Shown here: piece after piece, positions 28,429-36,147 of the stretch
How the letters are laid out: each line of letters begins with the position of its first letter
How positions within the stretch are numbered: the first letter of the stretch is position 1
Source: a virus
Length of the DNA: 43,385 nucleotides
Strand: one strand, 5' to 3'
IMG/VR virus record: IMGVR_UViG_3300045988_116410
Coordinates: 1 to 43,385 of that record
Program-made: the position numbers and the translations under genes
The notes under the pieces: generated by a model
Told to the model about the DNA's origin: nothing
The model's database searches: none
What the model saw: only the letters and a program-made list of their open reading frames with translations

Positions 28429-28821
28429 ATGAGCGAATGGAACACGCGGACAGGCGATGGCGGTCGCCTGAAGGCCACGCTGGCCCACTTCAACGTGGAC
28501 GCCCCCCACGGTTCAAGGAAGATCGTGTGCCCCTTTCACGGGGACGTCAACGCCTCTCTCAGCATCGACTGGGGCAAGGGCCTGTGGCACTGTTTCGGCT
28601 GCGGACGGGGCGGGGACTGGCTTTCTTGGATCATGGAGGAAGCAGGAGGCTCTTTCAAAGATGCCAAGCGTTATGCAACCGCTGCCGGACTTGATGGTGG
28701 CGGAACTGGCGGCGAGGGCCGCCCACTACCAGCAGCAGGCCGATGGGGCCAGAACGTACCTGCAAGGCAGGGGTCTCAGCGTCGCAACAGCGCAGGCCGC
28801 GCGACTCGGCTACGTTGGTGA
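28429..28821 (+). CDS. DNA primase, CHC2 zinc-finger part (frame 1)
   Basis: CPFHGDVNASLSIDWGKGLWHCFGCGRGGDWLSWI. Sequence after about 28700 is Gly/Arg-rich and looks out of frame. Confidence 0.7.
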   Translation: MSEWNTRTGDGGRLKATLAHFNVDAPHGSRKIVCPFHGDVNASLSIDWGKGLWHCFGCGRGGDWLSWIMEEAGGSFKDAKRYATAAGLDGGGTGGEGRPLPAAGRWGQNVPARQGSQRRNSAGRATRLRW

Positions 28822-29290
28822 CCCGTATCCGGGGGACGAACAGTACCAGGGATGCCTGGTTATCCCCCACATGAATATGGACGGGGTGACGACGGGGATT
28901 AGGTTCCGCCGCTTGGATGGCGGGGAACCAAAATACACAAGCCGTTCTCATGAACGGTTCAATATCTACAACCTGAATGGCGTGAAGGGTGCGAGGGTTG
29001 CCCACATCGCTGAGGGCGAGCTGGACACGCTGAGCCTGGTCGAGTGCGGCCTGGCCGCGTGCGGCATGCCAGGAGCGTCCTACTGGAAGCCGTGGATGGG
29101 ACTCGCATTCGCCGGGTGCGAACAGGTGTACGTGTGGGCTGACGGGGATGAGGCGGGCGACCGTCTGGCCGAGGCCGTGACGGATAGCCTGCAGCAGGCC
29201 GTCAGGGTGACAGTGCCCCGTGGTGAAGATGTGAACAGTCTCCTCGTGGAAGGGGGTGCAGCATGTGTGACGGCGCTGATTCCTGCGTGA
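28661..29290 (+). CDS. DNA primase, Toprim part (frame 2, overlaps previous ORF by 161 nt)
   Basis: YLQGRGLS...LGYVG linker, then Toprim motifs AHIAEGELDTLSL and VWADGDEAGDRLA. AGGAGG lies 11 nt upstream of ATG 28661. Confidence 0.7.
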   Translation: MPSVMQPLPDLMVAELAARAAHYQQQADGARTYLQGRGLSVATAQAARLGYVGDPYPGDEQYQGCLVIPHMNMDGVTTGIRFRRLDGGEPKYTSRSHERFNIYNLNGVKGARVAHIAEGELDTLSLVECGLAACGMPGASYWKPWMGLAFAGCEQVYVWADGDEAGDRLAEAVTDSLQQAVRVTVPRGEDVNSLLVEGGAACVTALIPA

Positions 29291-29646
29291 TGACGGCTGA
29301 TCGTGTGCGGGAACTGCTCGCAGTGGAACCCCCCGCACTGGACGCTATTTCGGATGATGTGCCTGGTCAGGCTCCTATGCTGTGGCGGGCTTTCCGTAAG
29401 GGCATGGACTGGTTCTGTCGTCGTTCTCGGGTGCCTCGTGAGGAGGTTATGGGATGGCTGTACTTGAAGGCGTTCGACCGCGCTCAGTACGTTGCGGACA
29501 AGTGGAACGTTGCGGGTGAGGCTGGCCTGGTGAACTGCCTGAGCGAGCTGCTATTCCGGGATTACCCGGATTACAGGCACCACGAACACGAGGTTCCCTG
29601 GGACTTCAACGCGCTCCCCGATGAGTTTGGAACGGGGGATGCGTGA
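29290..29646 (+). CDS. hypothetical protein
   Basis: TGATG overlap with the primase stop. 118 aa. Confidence 0.55.
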   Translation: MTADRVRELLAVEPPALDAISDDVPGQAPMLWRAFRKGMDWFCRRSRVPREEVMGWLYLKAFDRAQYVADKWNVAGEAGLVNCLSELLFRDYPDYRHHEHEVPWDFNALPDEFGTGDA

Positions 29647-30026
29647 GGTATGACCCCGGAATGATGGTGAAGCTCCTCCCCCTCGCGTTCGATAAGCAGC
29701 GCGGGTGGGGCGTGAGCCTGTCTGAGACGCACATTGAGGCTGGCATGCCTAGGGCTAAGCGTGACCCGTCTGAGGGCGGTGACATGATGGCCCTGTGTGC
29801 GGACGCGCAACGCGCTTACTGGCACTTGTCCCAGCATGACAGGAACGTGATCGGCAACCGTCTGATTCTGGATGTTGACCAGGAGAGTGTGGCGCGAGCG
29901 CTTGGCGTGGACGTTGCGACCGTGCGACGTCATGAGTTCCGCATTGTGCGCGAGATGTGCGAGTTCCTAAACGGACGCCCACTCAACGATGGGCTAGACG
30001 ATGATCCTTTGGAGGTGACCCTATGA
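29643..30026 (+). CDS. sigma-70 region-4-like / HTH transcription factor
   Basis: LSQHDRNVIGNRLILDVDQESVARALGVDVATVRRHEFRIVREM resembles ECF sigma region 4. GTGA overlap. Confidence 0.5.
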   Translation: MRYDPGMMVKLLPLAFDKQRGWGVSLSETHIEAGMPRAKRDPSEGGDMMALCADAQRAYWHLSQHDRNVIGNRLILDVDQESVARALGVDVATVRRHEFRIVREMCEFLNGRPLNDGLDDDPLEVTL

Positions 30027-30289
30027 GCGACCCGGTTAATGATCGTCTCAACGTGATCGAGCGTGGCCTGCGTGCTGAGGTCGAGGAGTACAGGGAGGCG
30101 ATTGCGGCGGCTGACCTACTGCTTGTCGTGTCGGCTCGCATGTGCGGCCGCGACTCGCTTGACAGTACGGTCGCATGCTTGCGTCGCCTGCGTGGCGAAC
30201 TGGGGGCCTGTAAATTGCAGGCGCTAACATCGCTCGGCCTCCTAGCACATTCTCGGGTTTACGCAACTCGAATGGGGTGCGAGGATTAG
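30023..30289 (+). CDS. hypothetical protein
   Basis: ATGA overlap. 88 aa. Last gene of the rightward arm. Confidence 0.5.
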   Translation: MSDPVNDRLNVIERGLRAEVEEYREAIAAADLLLVVSARMCGRDSLDSTVACLRRLRGELGACKLQALTSLGLLAHSRVYATRMGCED

Positions 30290-30336
30290 GGTCGGTTGCC
30301 TCCAATGGTGCCAGTTAATTCTGCGTTCGCCTGCTT

Positions 30337-30387
30337 CCCCCCGCTCCCAGCTGCCTTACGGTGGTTGTGGGGCGGGGGGATTTTTTC
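30337..30387 (+). terminator. terminator at the convergent junction
   Basis: CCCCCCGC ... GCGGGGGG stem followed by ATTTTTTC. Confidence 0.6.
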
Positions 30388-30398
30388 TTGCCATGATA

Positions 30399-30491
30399 CG
30401 GGAAACAGGTTGCGACCAGCGGATTCTCTCGCCCTTATTGCCCTCTACCGTCGAATACCAGATGTACTATGATTTGTAGGCCGGTTTCCCG
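30399..30491. other. candidate attP region
   Basis: 8-bp inverted arms CGGGAAAC (30399-30406) and GTTTCCCG (30484-30491) flank an AT-richer segment next to the 3' end of int. The minus strand of 30408-30426 reads GAATCCGCTGGTCGCAACC, which resembles the 3' end of a tRNA. Confidence 0.35.
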
Positions 30492-30538
30492 CACGGTTCC
30501 AACGATGCGCCCTACTGGCCAGTTAGCCTGTTGCCACC

Positions 30539-31708
30539 TTACTGCCCGTTTTCCTGTTTGCCGTGATTGAACAGGTCAACAGGGCCGTCCGGCATTGCAC
30601 CGTCTAACTTCACGTAGTAGGCGATGGTGGTTTGCACGTTCGAGTGTGCGAGCCATGTTGCCGCCGCCCTTGCCCCGTAAGTGTCAAATACGATGCTGCC
30701 TACGGATTTGCGGATGCCGTGGATTGACAGGTCTGGCAGGTTGAGCTTGTTGAGGAGCAGTCGGCACTCTCGGTACATGGTTGCTTGCGCACGGTCGAAC
30801 AGGCGAGTATCCGGGGTTAGGTGCCGGGCTTTCTTGACCCTGGCGCACAGCCTGTCGGCCTGCCATTCGGGCAGGGCCTTGTCCGGGTACATACGGCGGG
30901 TCTTGCGGGACTCAACGCCGCGCACAGTCCCCGTATCGAGGTCGATGTTGCCCCAGGTGAGAGAGAACAGCTCCCCCGCGCGCAGGCCGAGGTGGGTTTG
31001 GAGGATCAGGGCGTCCACTGCGTCCTGTTCTGGGATGCGTTTTGCGTCGTACTGTTCGAGCGTTGTTATGAGGGCGCGCATTTCGGTGGGCGTGAGGATG
31101 CGGTCGCTGTCTAGTCTTACACGTACGGGGCTTGTGATGGGTGATTCTGTGGGCCGTGTGGACTGGAATGAGGAGAGGTTGACGGCGTCGGATGCGAGCT
31201 TGAGGGCGACGCCTAGCGCGGCTCGCAGGCTTGTTCTAGCGCGCCCGCTCCCGTGCTTGGCGACGTATCCGTCGTAGAGTGTGGTGAGTGCTGACACAGT
31301 GATGGCCTCGTCGAGGGGGAGGTGCCACCAGTGTGGGTTTTCTCGTTGACTGTCGGCTATGGCAGTCTCATAGTTGTGCCTGGTGCCCTCCGCGAGGGCT
31401 TGGTGTCGGCGTGAGCGCACGTACGCGTCCCAGACTTCCGTGGGGGTACTTTGTGGGGTGATGACGCCTGACGCGCGTTTAGCGTCGTCAATGTATTGTT
31501 TGGCTTGTTCCTCGCATTGTCGGATGGCTTGGCGTTTGCTGGTTGCGATGGTGCGGATGCGTTTGGGGGTGTCGCCTCGTTGTCCAATGAGGACGCTTGC
31601 CCTCCAGTGGGTGCCGTCCTGGTTGACGACCCACGCGCGGCCTTGTTTGGACACCTTGACAGTGGTGATGTTGCCTAGTTCGCCTGGTTGGAGTGCGCGT
31701 CGCGCCAT
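30539..31708 (-). CDS. int: tyrosine integrase
   Basis: Box I GLRAGELFSLTW, box II HGIRKSVGS, and WLAHSNVQTTIAYYVK (His...Tyr). ATG 31708 follows AGGAAGGG. The track ORF extends to 31948. Confidence 0.9.
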   Translation of the reverse strand: MARRALQPGELGNITTVKVSKQGRAWVVNQDGTHWRASVLIGQRGDTPKRIRTIATSKRQAIRQCEEQAKQYIDDAKRASGVITPQSTPTEVWDAYVRSRRHQALAEGTRHNYETAIADSQRENPHWWHLPLDEAITVSALTTLYDGYVAKHGSGRARTSLRAALGVALKLASDAVNLSSFQSTRPTESPITSPVRVRLDSDRILTPTEMRALITTLEQYDAKRIPEQDAVDALILQTHLGLRAGELFSLTWGNIDLDTGTVRGVESRKTRRMYPDKALPEWQADRLCARVKKARHLTPDTRLFDRAQATMYRECRLLLNKLNLPDLSIHGIRKSVGSIVFDTYGARAAATWLAHSNVQTTIAYYVKLDGAMPDGPVDLFNHGKQENGQ

Positions 31709-31748
31709 GATTGTGGACCCTTCCTGCGTGGGGGTGAGTGTTGGCCGC

Positions 31749-31757
31749 ATTGTAGCA
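31749..31757 (-). promoter_or_regulatory. extended -10 (TGCTACAAT) candidate promoter for int
   Basis: The minus strand reads TGcTACAAT about 40 nt upstream of the int ATG, just downstream of a hairpin plus U-run. Confidence 0.4.
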
Positions 31758-31780
31758 CGTGTTGCCTGTTTTTCGGGTAT

Positions 31781-31873
31781 AAAAAATGCGGCCCCCTCGT
31801 AAGGGAGAACCGTTACTCTCGCCACCCCCGTGTGGGGCGGGTTGAGTGCCGGTCTCCCTTGTGAGAGGGCCGC
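31781..31873 (-). terminator. large hairpin plus U-run separating the upstream operon from int
   Basis: Minus strand: GCGGCCCTCTC ... GAGGGGGCCGC followed by ATTTTTTAT, with internal sub-hairpins. Confidence 0.4.
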
Positions 31874-31884
31874 ATAGGGGCGGG

Positions 31885-32232
31885 CTAGAAACAGCCCGCA
31901 TACTTGAAAGTGACGTGGTTCGCCGCGTCTTGGATGAGGGTGCCCCACAGCAAGCCATGGGTGTATCCCCGGTCGATGTCGCTCACCCAGTCCCCCGCGC
32001 AGTCGTCTGCGAGTCGGTAGTAGCGGGATCCGTCTGACGCTTCAATGACTGTGCCTTCCGGGCAGTCAAGGTCGTCCGCGCACTGCAGCTCCCACCAGCA
32101 GTCGAGGCGGGTGATGGACTCAAGGCGCAGGACAGGCTTGGGCTTGAGCATGTCCTGTAGGGTTTCCAGCCGGGCCTTGATTTCGTTGCACGTGGCGATA
32201 GCCTCAGCGATAGCTGTGTTGGTTTCTGTCAT
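31885..32232 (-). CDS. paralog family member A (helical N-term plus GTVI..Y.R..W domain)
   Basis: 115 aa. CPEGTVIEASDGSRYYRLADDCAGDWVSD...VTFKYAG. Confidence 0.65.
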   Translation of the reverse strand: MTETNTAIAEAIATCNEIKARLETLQDMLKPKPVLRLESITRLDCWWELQCADDLDCPEGTVIEASDGSRYYRLADDCAGDWVSDIDRGYTHGLLWGTLIQDAANHVTFKYAGCF

Positions 32233-32244
32233 GTTTCCTCCTAT

Positions 32245-32604
32245 TCAGTTGCCCTTGTGGATGATCTCGCATTTGTCTGCATCTTCAAGCGTGTAGCGGA
32301 ACACTTTGTCGTGCGAGTATTTGCATCCAAGGAAGTTGGTCCATGGGCCATTCGAGTAGCTTGTCCGCATGTACTCGCCGCCCCCAATGCTGATTACGGT
32401 CCCGAGGGGCAGGCGCTCAAGGTCGGCGGGGGTTGTGAACATGTGGCCCCCGCCGTCGCTTGTGGACGCTCTGATTGGTTCCGTGTTGCTGTTGAGGATA
32501 CGTCTGGTTTCCGTTTCGAGTTGTTCGACCAGGTTGTGCGCCTCGCATAGCGCGTCGTAAGCGTTGTTCCAGAGGTTGAGCGTTTCGATTAGAGTTTTTT
32601 GCAT
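32245..32604 (-). CDS. paralog family member B
   Basis: ATG 32604 after GGAAGGA. LPLGTVISIGGGEYMRTSYSNGPWTN...CEIIHKG. Confidence 0.65.
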   Translation of the reverse strand: MQKTLIETLNLWNNAYDALCEAHNLVEQLETETRRILNSNTEPIRASTSDGGGHMFTTPADLERLPLGTVISIGGGEYMRTSYSNGPWTNFLGCKYSHDKVFRYTLEDADKCEIIHKGN

Positions 32605-32626
32605 GCTTACTGTCCTTCCCGAGTGT

Positions 32627-32893
32627 TTATGCTGCGCCGACGTGGAGGAGGCTAATCGGCCAACCGCCGCGTTTTCGCGCGACGAGGGTCCGCCAAAAGT
32701 CATCGTCAGAGAGCGTTAGCCCTGACACGCCTGTCCATCCCCTGTGTCCGGCGAGGCGCATGTATTCCCATCCGTTCGTGAGGATGATCGTGCCGGGCAT
32801 GAGGCTGGCAAGATGGTCAGGGCCGTTCAGGTGCGTGATGCGGTGACTGGCCGTGCAGTCGTAGTGAGTGTCGAGCTGGATTGGTTCTGTCAT
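32627..32893 (-). CDS. paralog family member C
   Basis: ATGA overlap with the upstream gene. LMPGTIILTNGWEYMRLAGHRGWTG...ISLLHVG. Confidence 0.65.
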   Translation of the reverse strand: MTEPIQLDTHYDCTASHRITHLNGPDHLASLMPGTIILTNGWEYMRLAGHRGWTGVSGLTLSDDDFWRTLVARKRGGWPISLLHVGAA

Positions 32894-33261
32894 AGCGGGT
32901 CCAGTCCGTACGACAGGAGGGTGATCATCTCGCCAGAGATTGTTGCGCCGAGGATTTCGGCAAACATGTCCTCCCCGGATAGCTGGCGTCCGTCGTGTCG
33001 CATCCATCGTTGCACGCGGGCTGCGGATGACTGAACGAACACGGCTCCACCGTTCCTACCGCGCTCGGAGATGTGGATTGACGTGCCAGGCGGGAGGAGC
33101 CACAGGCTGCGTTCCCCGGTGATTGGCTCGCCTAGTCCGGGTATGGTGATGTTGATTGTGCCCGCTGGGGGGTTTGCTGCGTCGTGCAGGGCTTCCTTTG
33201 CCTCGCCAATGCGGGTGAGGATTTTTTCGCACGCGGTTGCTTGTGGGATGCCTTTGTTCAT
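32890..33261 (-). CDS. paralog family member D (divergent)
   Basis: ATG 33261 after GGGGAG. LLPPGTSIHISERG...VQRWMRHDG...ITLLSYG. Confidence 0.55.
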   Translation of the reverse strand: MNKGIPQATACEKILTRIGEAKEALHDAANPPAGTINITIPGLGEPITGERSLWLLPPGTSIHISERGRNGGAVFVQSSAARVQRWMRHDGRQLSGEDMFAEILGATISGEMITLLSYGLDPL

Positions 33262-33274
33262 GCGGCTCCCCTTG

Positions 33275-33613
33275 TTACGCGCTGGGCTGGTAAACGATGC
33301 GGAACTGTTCGCCGTCTGCCGCGCGCTCGCGCAGGTGGCCGTACAGTTCTCCGCAACCGTAGTCGTCCGACTCGGTAATGTTACGGATGGACGACACCCA
33401 GTAAGTGTCTCCGTGCGGGACTCGCAGGTATACGTGGTCCTTGTTTCCGGCGATGACAGTCCCAACCGGGAAGTCGTAGTCGGCCCATTCATGCACTCTG
33501 AGAGGTGCCCTTCCGGGCAGATTCTGGATGATGAGCGGCCCGCCGCGCTTGAGGGTTTCGATGCTGGTTTTGAGCGTGCTGATTCGCGTCTGGTAGGTTT
33601 CGATGCTTGCCAT
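33275..33613 (-). CDS. paralog family member E
   Basis: DFPVGTVIAGNKDHVYLRVPHGDTYWVSS...FRIVYQP. Confidence 0.65.
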   Translation of the reverse strand: MASIETYQTRISTLKTSIETLKRGGPLIIQNLPGRAPLRVHEWADYDFPVGTVIAGNKDHVYLRVPHGDTYWVSSIRNITESDDYGCGELYGHLRERAADGEQFRIVYQPSA

Positions 33614-33634
33614 GAATGTTTGTTTCCTTCCCTT

Positions 33635-33964
33635 TTAGAGGCCCGCGTGGCAGTAGCTCAGGTTGCTCTGTGTCCTGGCCGCAATGAGGTAAAGCTGCTC
33701 GCTTGTTTCGGCCCTGCCGCCCCTACAGCCTTGCCAAAGTCGGTATTCGTCCACGCCCATACTGAGTGCCATCCATTCGTGCACGCCAATGGCGATGACT
33801 GATCCCGTGGCGACAATCCCTAGCTGTCGCGGCTCGGTGATGATCAGGTCGTCGAGGCCGCGCAGGCCCTTGAATGTGAGCTTGCCGTGGTCGGGGTCGT
33901 TGAGTAGTTCGTTGAGGAGCTTTTGGGCCTCGTCGATTGCATTCACGTAGTTGTCGTCAGTCAT
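33635..33964 (-). CDS. paralog family member F
   Basis: VATGSVIAIGVHEWMALSMGVDEYRLWQG...LSYCHAG. Confidence 0.6.
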   Translation of the reverse strand: MTDDNYVNAIDEAQKLLNELLNDPDHGKLTFKGLRGLDDLIITEPRQLGIVATGSVIAIGVHEWMALSMGVDEYRLWQGCRGGRAETSEQLYLIAARTQSNLSYCHAGL

Positions 33965-33984
33965 TGTTTTGTCTCGCTTTCAAG

Positions 33985-34248
33985 TTAGTACGATGTCCGG
34001 TAGGTGTTGTGGACGACGTAGCTAGAGTGCGTGTTTTTCATGAGGAGTTTCCGCATTTCCTCGTTCGTACACCAGTTCCCCATTGAGTCAATCCACCCCT
34101 CGGGGACGCGCATGTGCTCCATGTCGTCCATGATGACGACTGTCCCGTAAGCGACAGAGAGTGGCGTGTCGCTGGTGAAGATGATGGGGTGGCAGACGTT
34201 CGGCGGGTCGGCGTCGATTGTGTACGCGCGCGGGCGTGTCGTGTTCAC
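33985..34248 (-). CDS. paralog family member G
   Basis: GTG 34248 after GGAAGGA. VAYGTVVIMDDMEHMRVPEGWIDSMGNW...SYVVHNTY. Confidence 0.6.
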   Translation of the reverse strand: MNTTRPRAYTIDADPPNVCHPIIFTSDTPLSVAYGTVVIMDDMEHMRVPEGWIDSMGNWCTNEEMRKLLMKNTHSSYVVHNTYRTSY

Positions 34249-34269
34249 TACTATGTTCCTTCCGATAGG

Positions 34270-34320
34270 TTAGGGGCGCGCCCAGGATGCCCTCGGTAAG
34301 GGTCCTAGACGCGCCCCTAA
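34270..34320. repeat. 11-bp perfect inverted repeat TTAGGGGCGCG / CGCGCCCCTAA with a 29-nt structured loop
   Basis: Read directly. Intergenic, between genes 34348.. and ..34248. No U-run follows on the minus strand. Confidence 0.6.
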
Positions 34321-34347
34321 CGCCCGAACGGTGGGCTATGCGTATGC

Positions 34348-34668
34348 TCAGTCGGACTGGCCGCTGGTAGCGCCCGCGTGGGATTCCTCAAGGATTTCTT
34401 GCAGGGCTTCCGCCCCCACCTTGTAAACCCCGGCCTTCACCACGCCCACCGTGTGCTCGCGCAAGCGCTCAACCGGCTTGCCGTTGGCGATAGCCTCGTC
34501 CAGGAGGGCGAGGGTTTCCGGGTGCTTGCACTTGATTTCCCACGTGTCATTCATGACGTCGCGAACCATTGTGGTGCCCATCTGCTTGTTGTTGACGATG
34601 AATGTGTGCTCGCCTTCCATGATGGCTTCCAGCGCCGCTCCGAGGGTCGTGGTGTCCTGGCTGTTCAC
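34348..34668 (-). CDS. hypothetical protein
   Basis: GTG 34668 in a GTGA overlap with the upstream stop. ATG 34683 is an alternative start. Confidence 0.55.
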   Translation of the reverse strand: MNSQDTTTLGAALEAIMEGEHTFIVNNKQMGTTMVRDVMNDTWEIKCKHPETLALLDEAIANGKPVERLREHTVGVVKAGVYKVGAEALQEILEESHAGATSGQSD

Positions 34669-34880
34669 GCGATTTCCTTCCACTCGCGGGAACCCTCGCG
34701 ATGCACGATGACTCCGCCGTCGTCCGTGTTTCCGATGAGGTCTCCGATGTTGACCGCGTTGTCCCGGTGTCCGAAAATGATTCGGGGCACGACGCCTCCG
34801 GGGGTGACCTGGTTGACGACGTCGCCACGGTGCTTGTTTGCCAGGAGGATGATGTTGTTTGCGGTGACGCGTTCGATCAC
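34665..34880 (-). CDS. hypothetical protein
   Basis: GTG 34880 in a GTGA overlap with the upstream stop. The track ORF extends to 34946. Confidence 0.5.
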   Translation of the reverse strand: MIERVTANNIILLANKHRGDVVNQVTPGGVVPRIIFGHRDNAVNIGDLIGNTDDGGVIVHREGSREWKEIA

Positions 34881-35077
34881 AGTCCCACCCCCGTGATGTG
34901 GGTGAATGTGAGCCATGCGCCGGGGTAGCCGATCAGCGCCCAACATGCGATGTTGAACAGGTTACCGAGCCACCCTTCCGCATCGTCGGCCCATTCGATG
35001 ATTTCCATGAAGATTTTGGCGGTCGTCAGTCCTGCGATGAAGATTGCGACGCCGATTCCCAGTAGCATCCATGCCAT
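34877..35077 (-). CDS. small two-TM membrane protein
   Basis: 66 aa, MAWMLLGIGVAIFIAGL...ACWALIGYPGAWL. RBS GGAAGGA. Confidence 0.6.
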   Translation of the reverse strand: MAWMLLGIGVAIFIAGLTTAKIFMEIIEWADDAEGWLGNLFNIACWALIGYPGAWLTFTHITGVGL

Positions 35078-35156
35078 GCGTGTTGTTTCCTTCCGGTTGA
35101 ACTAATCTGTGTGTGGTGTGCGCTGGTTCCGCCAGAAACCGTGCGCAATGTGTGGG

Positions 35157-35483
35157 CTATTCGCCCATGTGAATGAGGTTGAAGTCCGTCTGCTGCAGGT
35201 CGGCGTCCCACCCGAGGTCTACCTGGGTTGCGACGTCCGCGTCCGTGTAGCGCCCGTCAGGTGCCCGCGTGGTTACCCAATGGTCGGTGTAGGCCTTGAA
35301 AAACTCTCCCGTCACATAACTGTCAATGAGTGTGCCGGGCGGGAGGGCGGACAGGTCCACCTGTGCAACGATGCCCGCGCAGTTGATGCGAACTGCGTTC
35401 GGCGGTGTTGCGGGCGCGTTCGCCTGCGCACATAGTCGGTTGATGAAGTCCATGGCCTCATCGAGGGTGATTGGCTGCGTCAT
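35157..35483 (-). CDS. paralog family member H
   Basis: ALPPGTLIDSYVTGEFFKAYTDHWVTT...FNLIHMG. Confidence 0.6.
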   Translation of the reverse strand: MTQPITLDEAMDFINRLCAQANAPATPPNAVRINCAGIVAQVDLSALPPGTLIDSYVTGEFFKAYTDHWVTTRAPDGRYTDADVATQVDLGWDADLQQTDFNLIHMGE

Positions 35484-35495
35484 TACGCCCCCCGG

Positions 35496-35852
35496 TCAGC
35501 CTGCGTGAACGATACGGGGAGGCGTGGCGCAGCCGCGCATCTCCGCAGCGAACTCCTCGTGACTGTATGACTGTCCGCTGTACCTGACCCACGGGCCAGC
35601 CTCGCCATCCGGGAGGCAGCGGAAGTACTCGAACACCCCGTCTGCCACCAGCGTGCCGACGCTCACGCCCTTGGCGTCCAGCTCCACCATATCGCCGTTA
35701 AGGTCGGTCGCCTTGAAGCGGGTGCCGGTCAGTTCCGGCTCGCTCGTCGGTTCCTCGTCCGTGACGTCGGCTCCGAGGGTTTCCATGATCTTGTTTGCGA
35801 ACTGTTCGATAATGTCGTTGAGCTGTTCGCGGGTGAGTGATGCAGTTCCCAT
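35496..35852 (-). CDS. paralog family member I
   Basis: ATG 35852. VSVGTLVADGVFEYFRCLPDGEAGPWVRY...PRIVHAG. The track ORF extends to 35978. Confidence 0.6.
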   Translation of the reverse strand: MGTASLTREQLNDIIEQFANKIMETLGADVTDEEPTSEPELTGTRFKATDLNGDMVELDAKGVSVGTLVADGVFEYFRCLPDGEAGPWVRYSGQSYSHEEFAAEMRGCATPPRIVHAG

Positions 35853-35921
35853 GTTCGTGTTTTTCCTTTCGTTTCTGGGACTGTTTGGGGCGCTCAATCC
35901 TTGTTTCAACGTTTGAGGTAT

Positions 35922-35938
35922 TGCGCATGGCCTGCGCA
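35922..35938. promoter_or_regulatory. near-palindrome TGCGCA-TGGCC-TGCGCA (operator candidate)
   Basis: Two palindromic TGCGCA hexamers 11 bp apart in the 298-bp gap upstream of gene 35852. Confidence 0.35.
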
Positions 35939-36023
35939 GAGTGCTACACTCAACCCTGTTACAACAAGGCACTGACACGCCCCCCTTGGTTTGTCTGTTT
36001 TCTCTGTTGAACGTTCTGTGTAG

Positions 36024-36147
36024 GGGAAGCCCGCACTGGACAGGCTAATTGCAAGCGCATCTGACAGGGTCGCCCCGCCAGGCGGACTGTTGGACGGTCT
36101 CTCACACTCGCCGCAAAGCGCTTAGGTCAGTCCGGGGCGGGCTTCCC
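36024..36147. repeat. long-range 11-bp inverted repeat GGGAAGCCCGC / GCGGGCTTCCC enclosing about 100 nt with further nested pairing
   Basis: Arms at 36024-36034 and 36137-36147. Inner pairs CTGGAC/GTCCGG and AAGCGC/GCGCTT. Starts 4 nt after the stop of the HTH gene. Confidence 0.5.
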
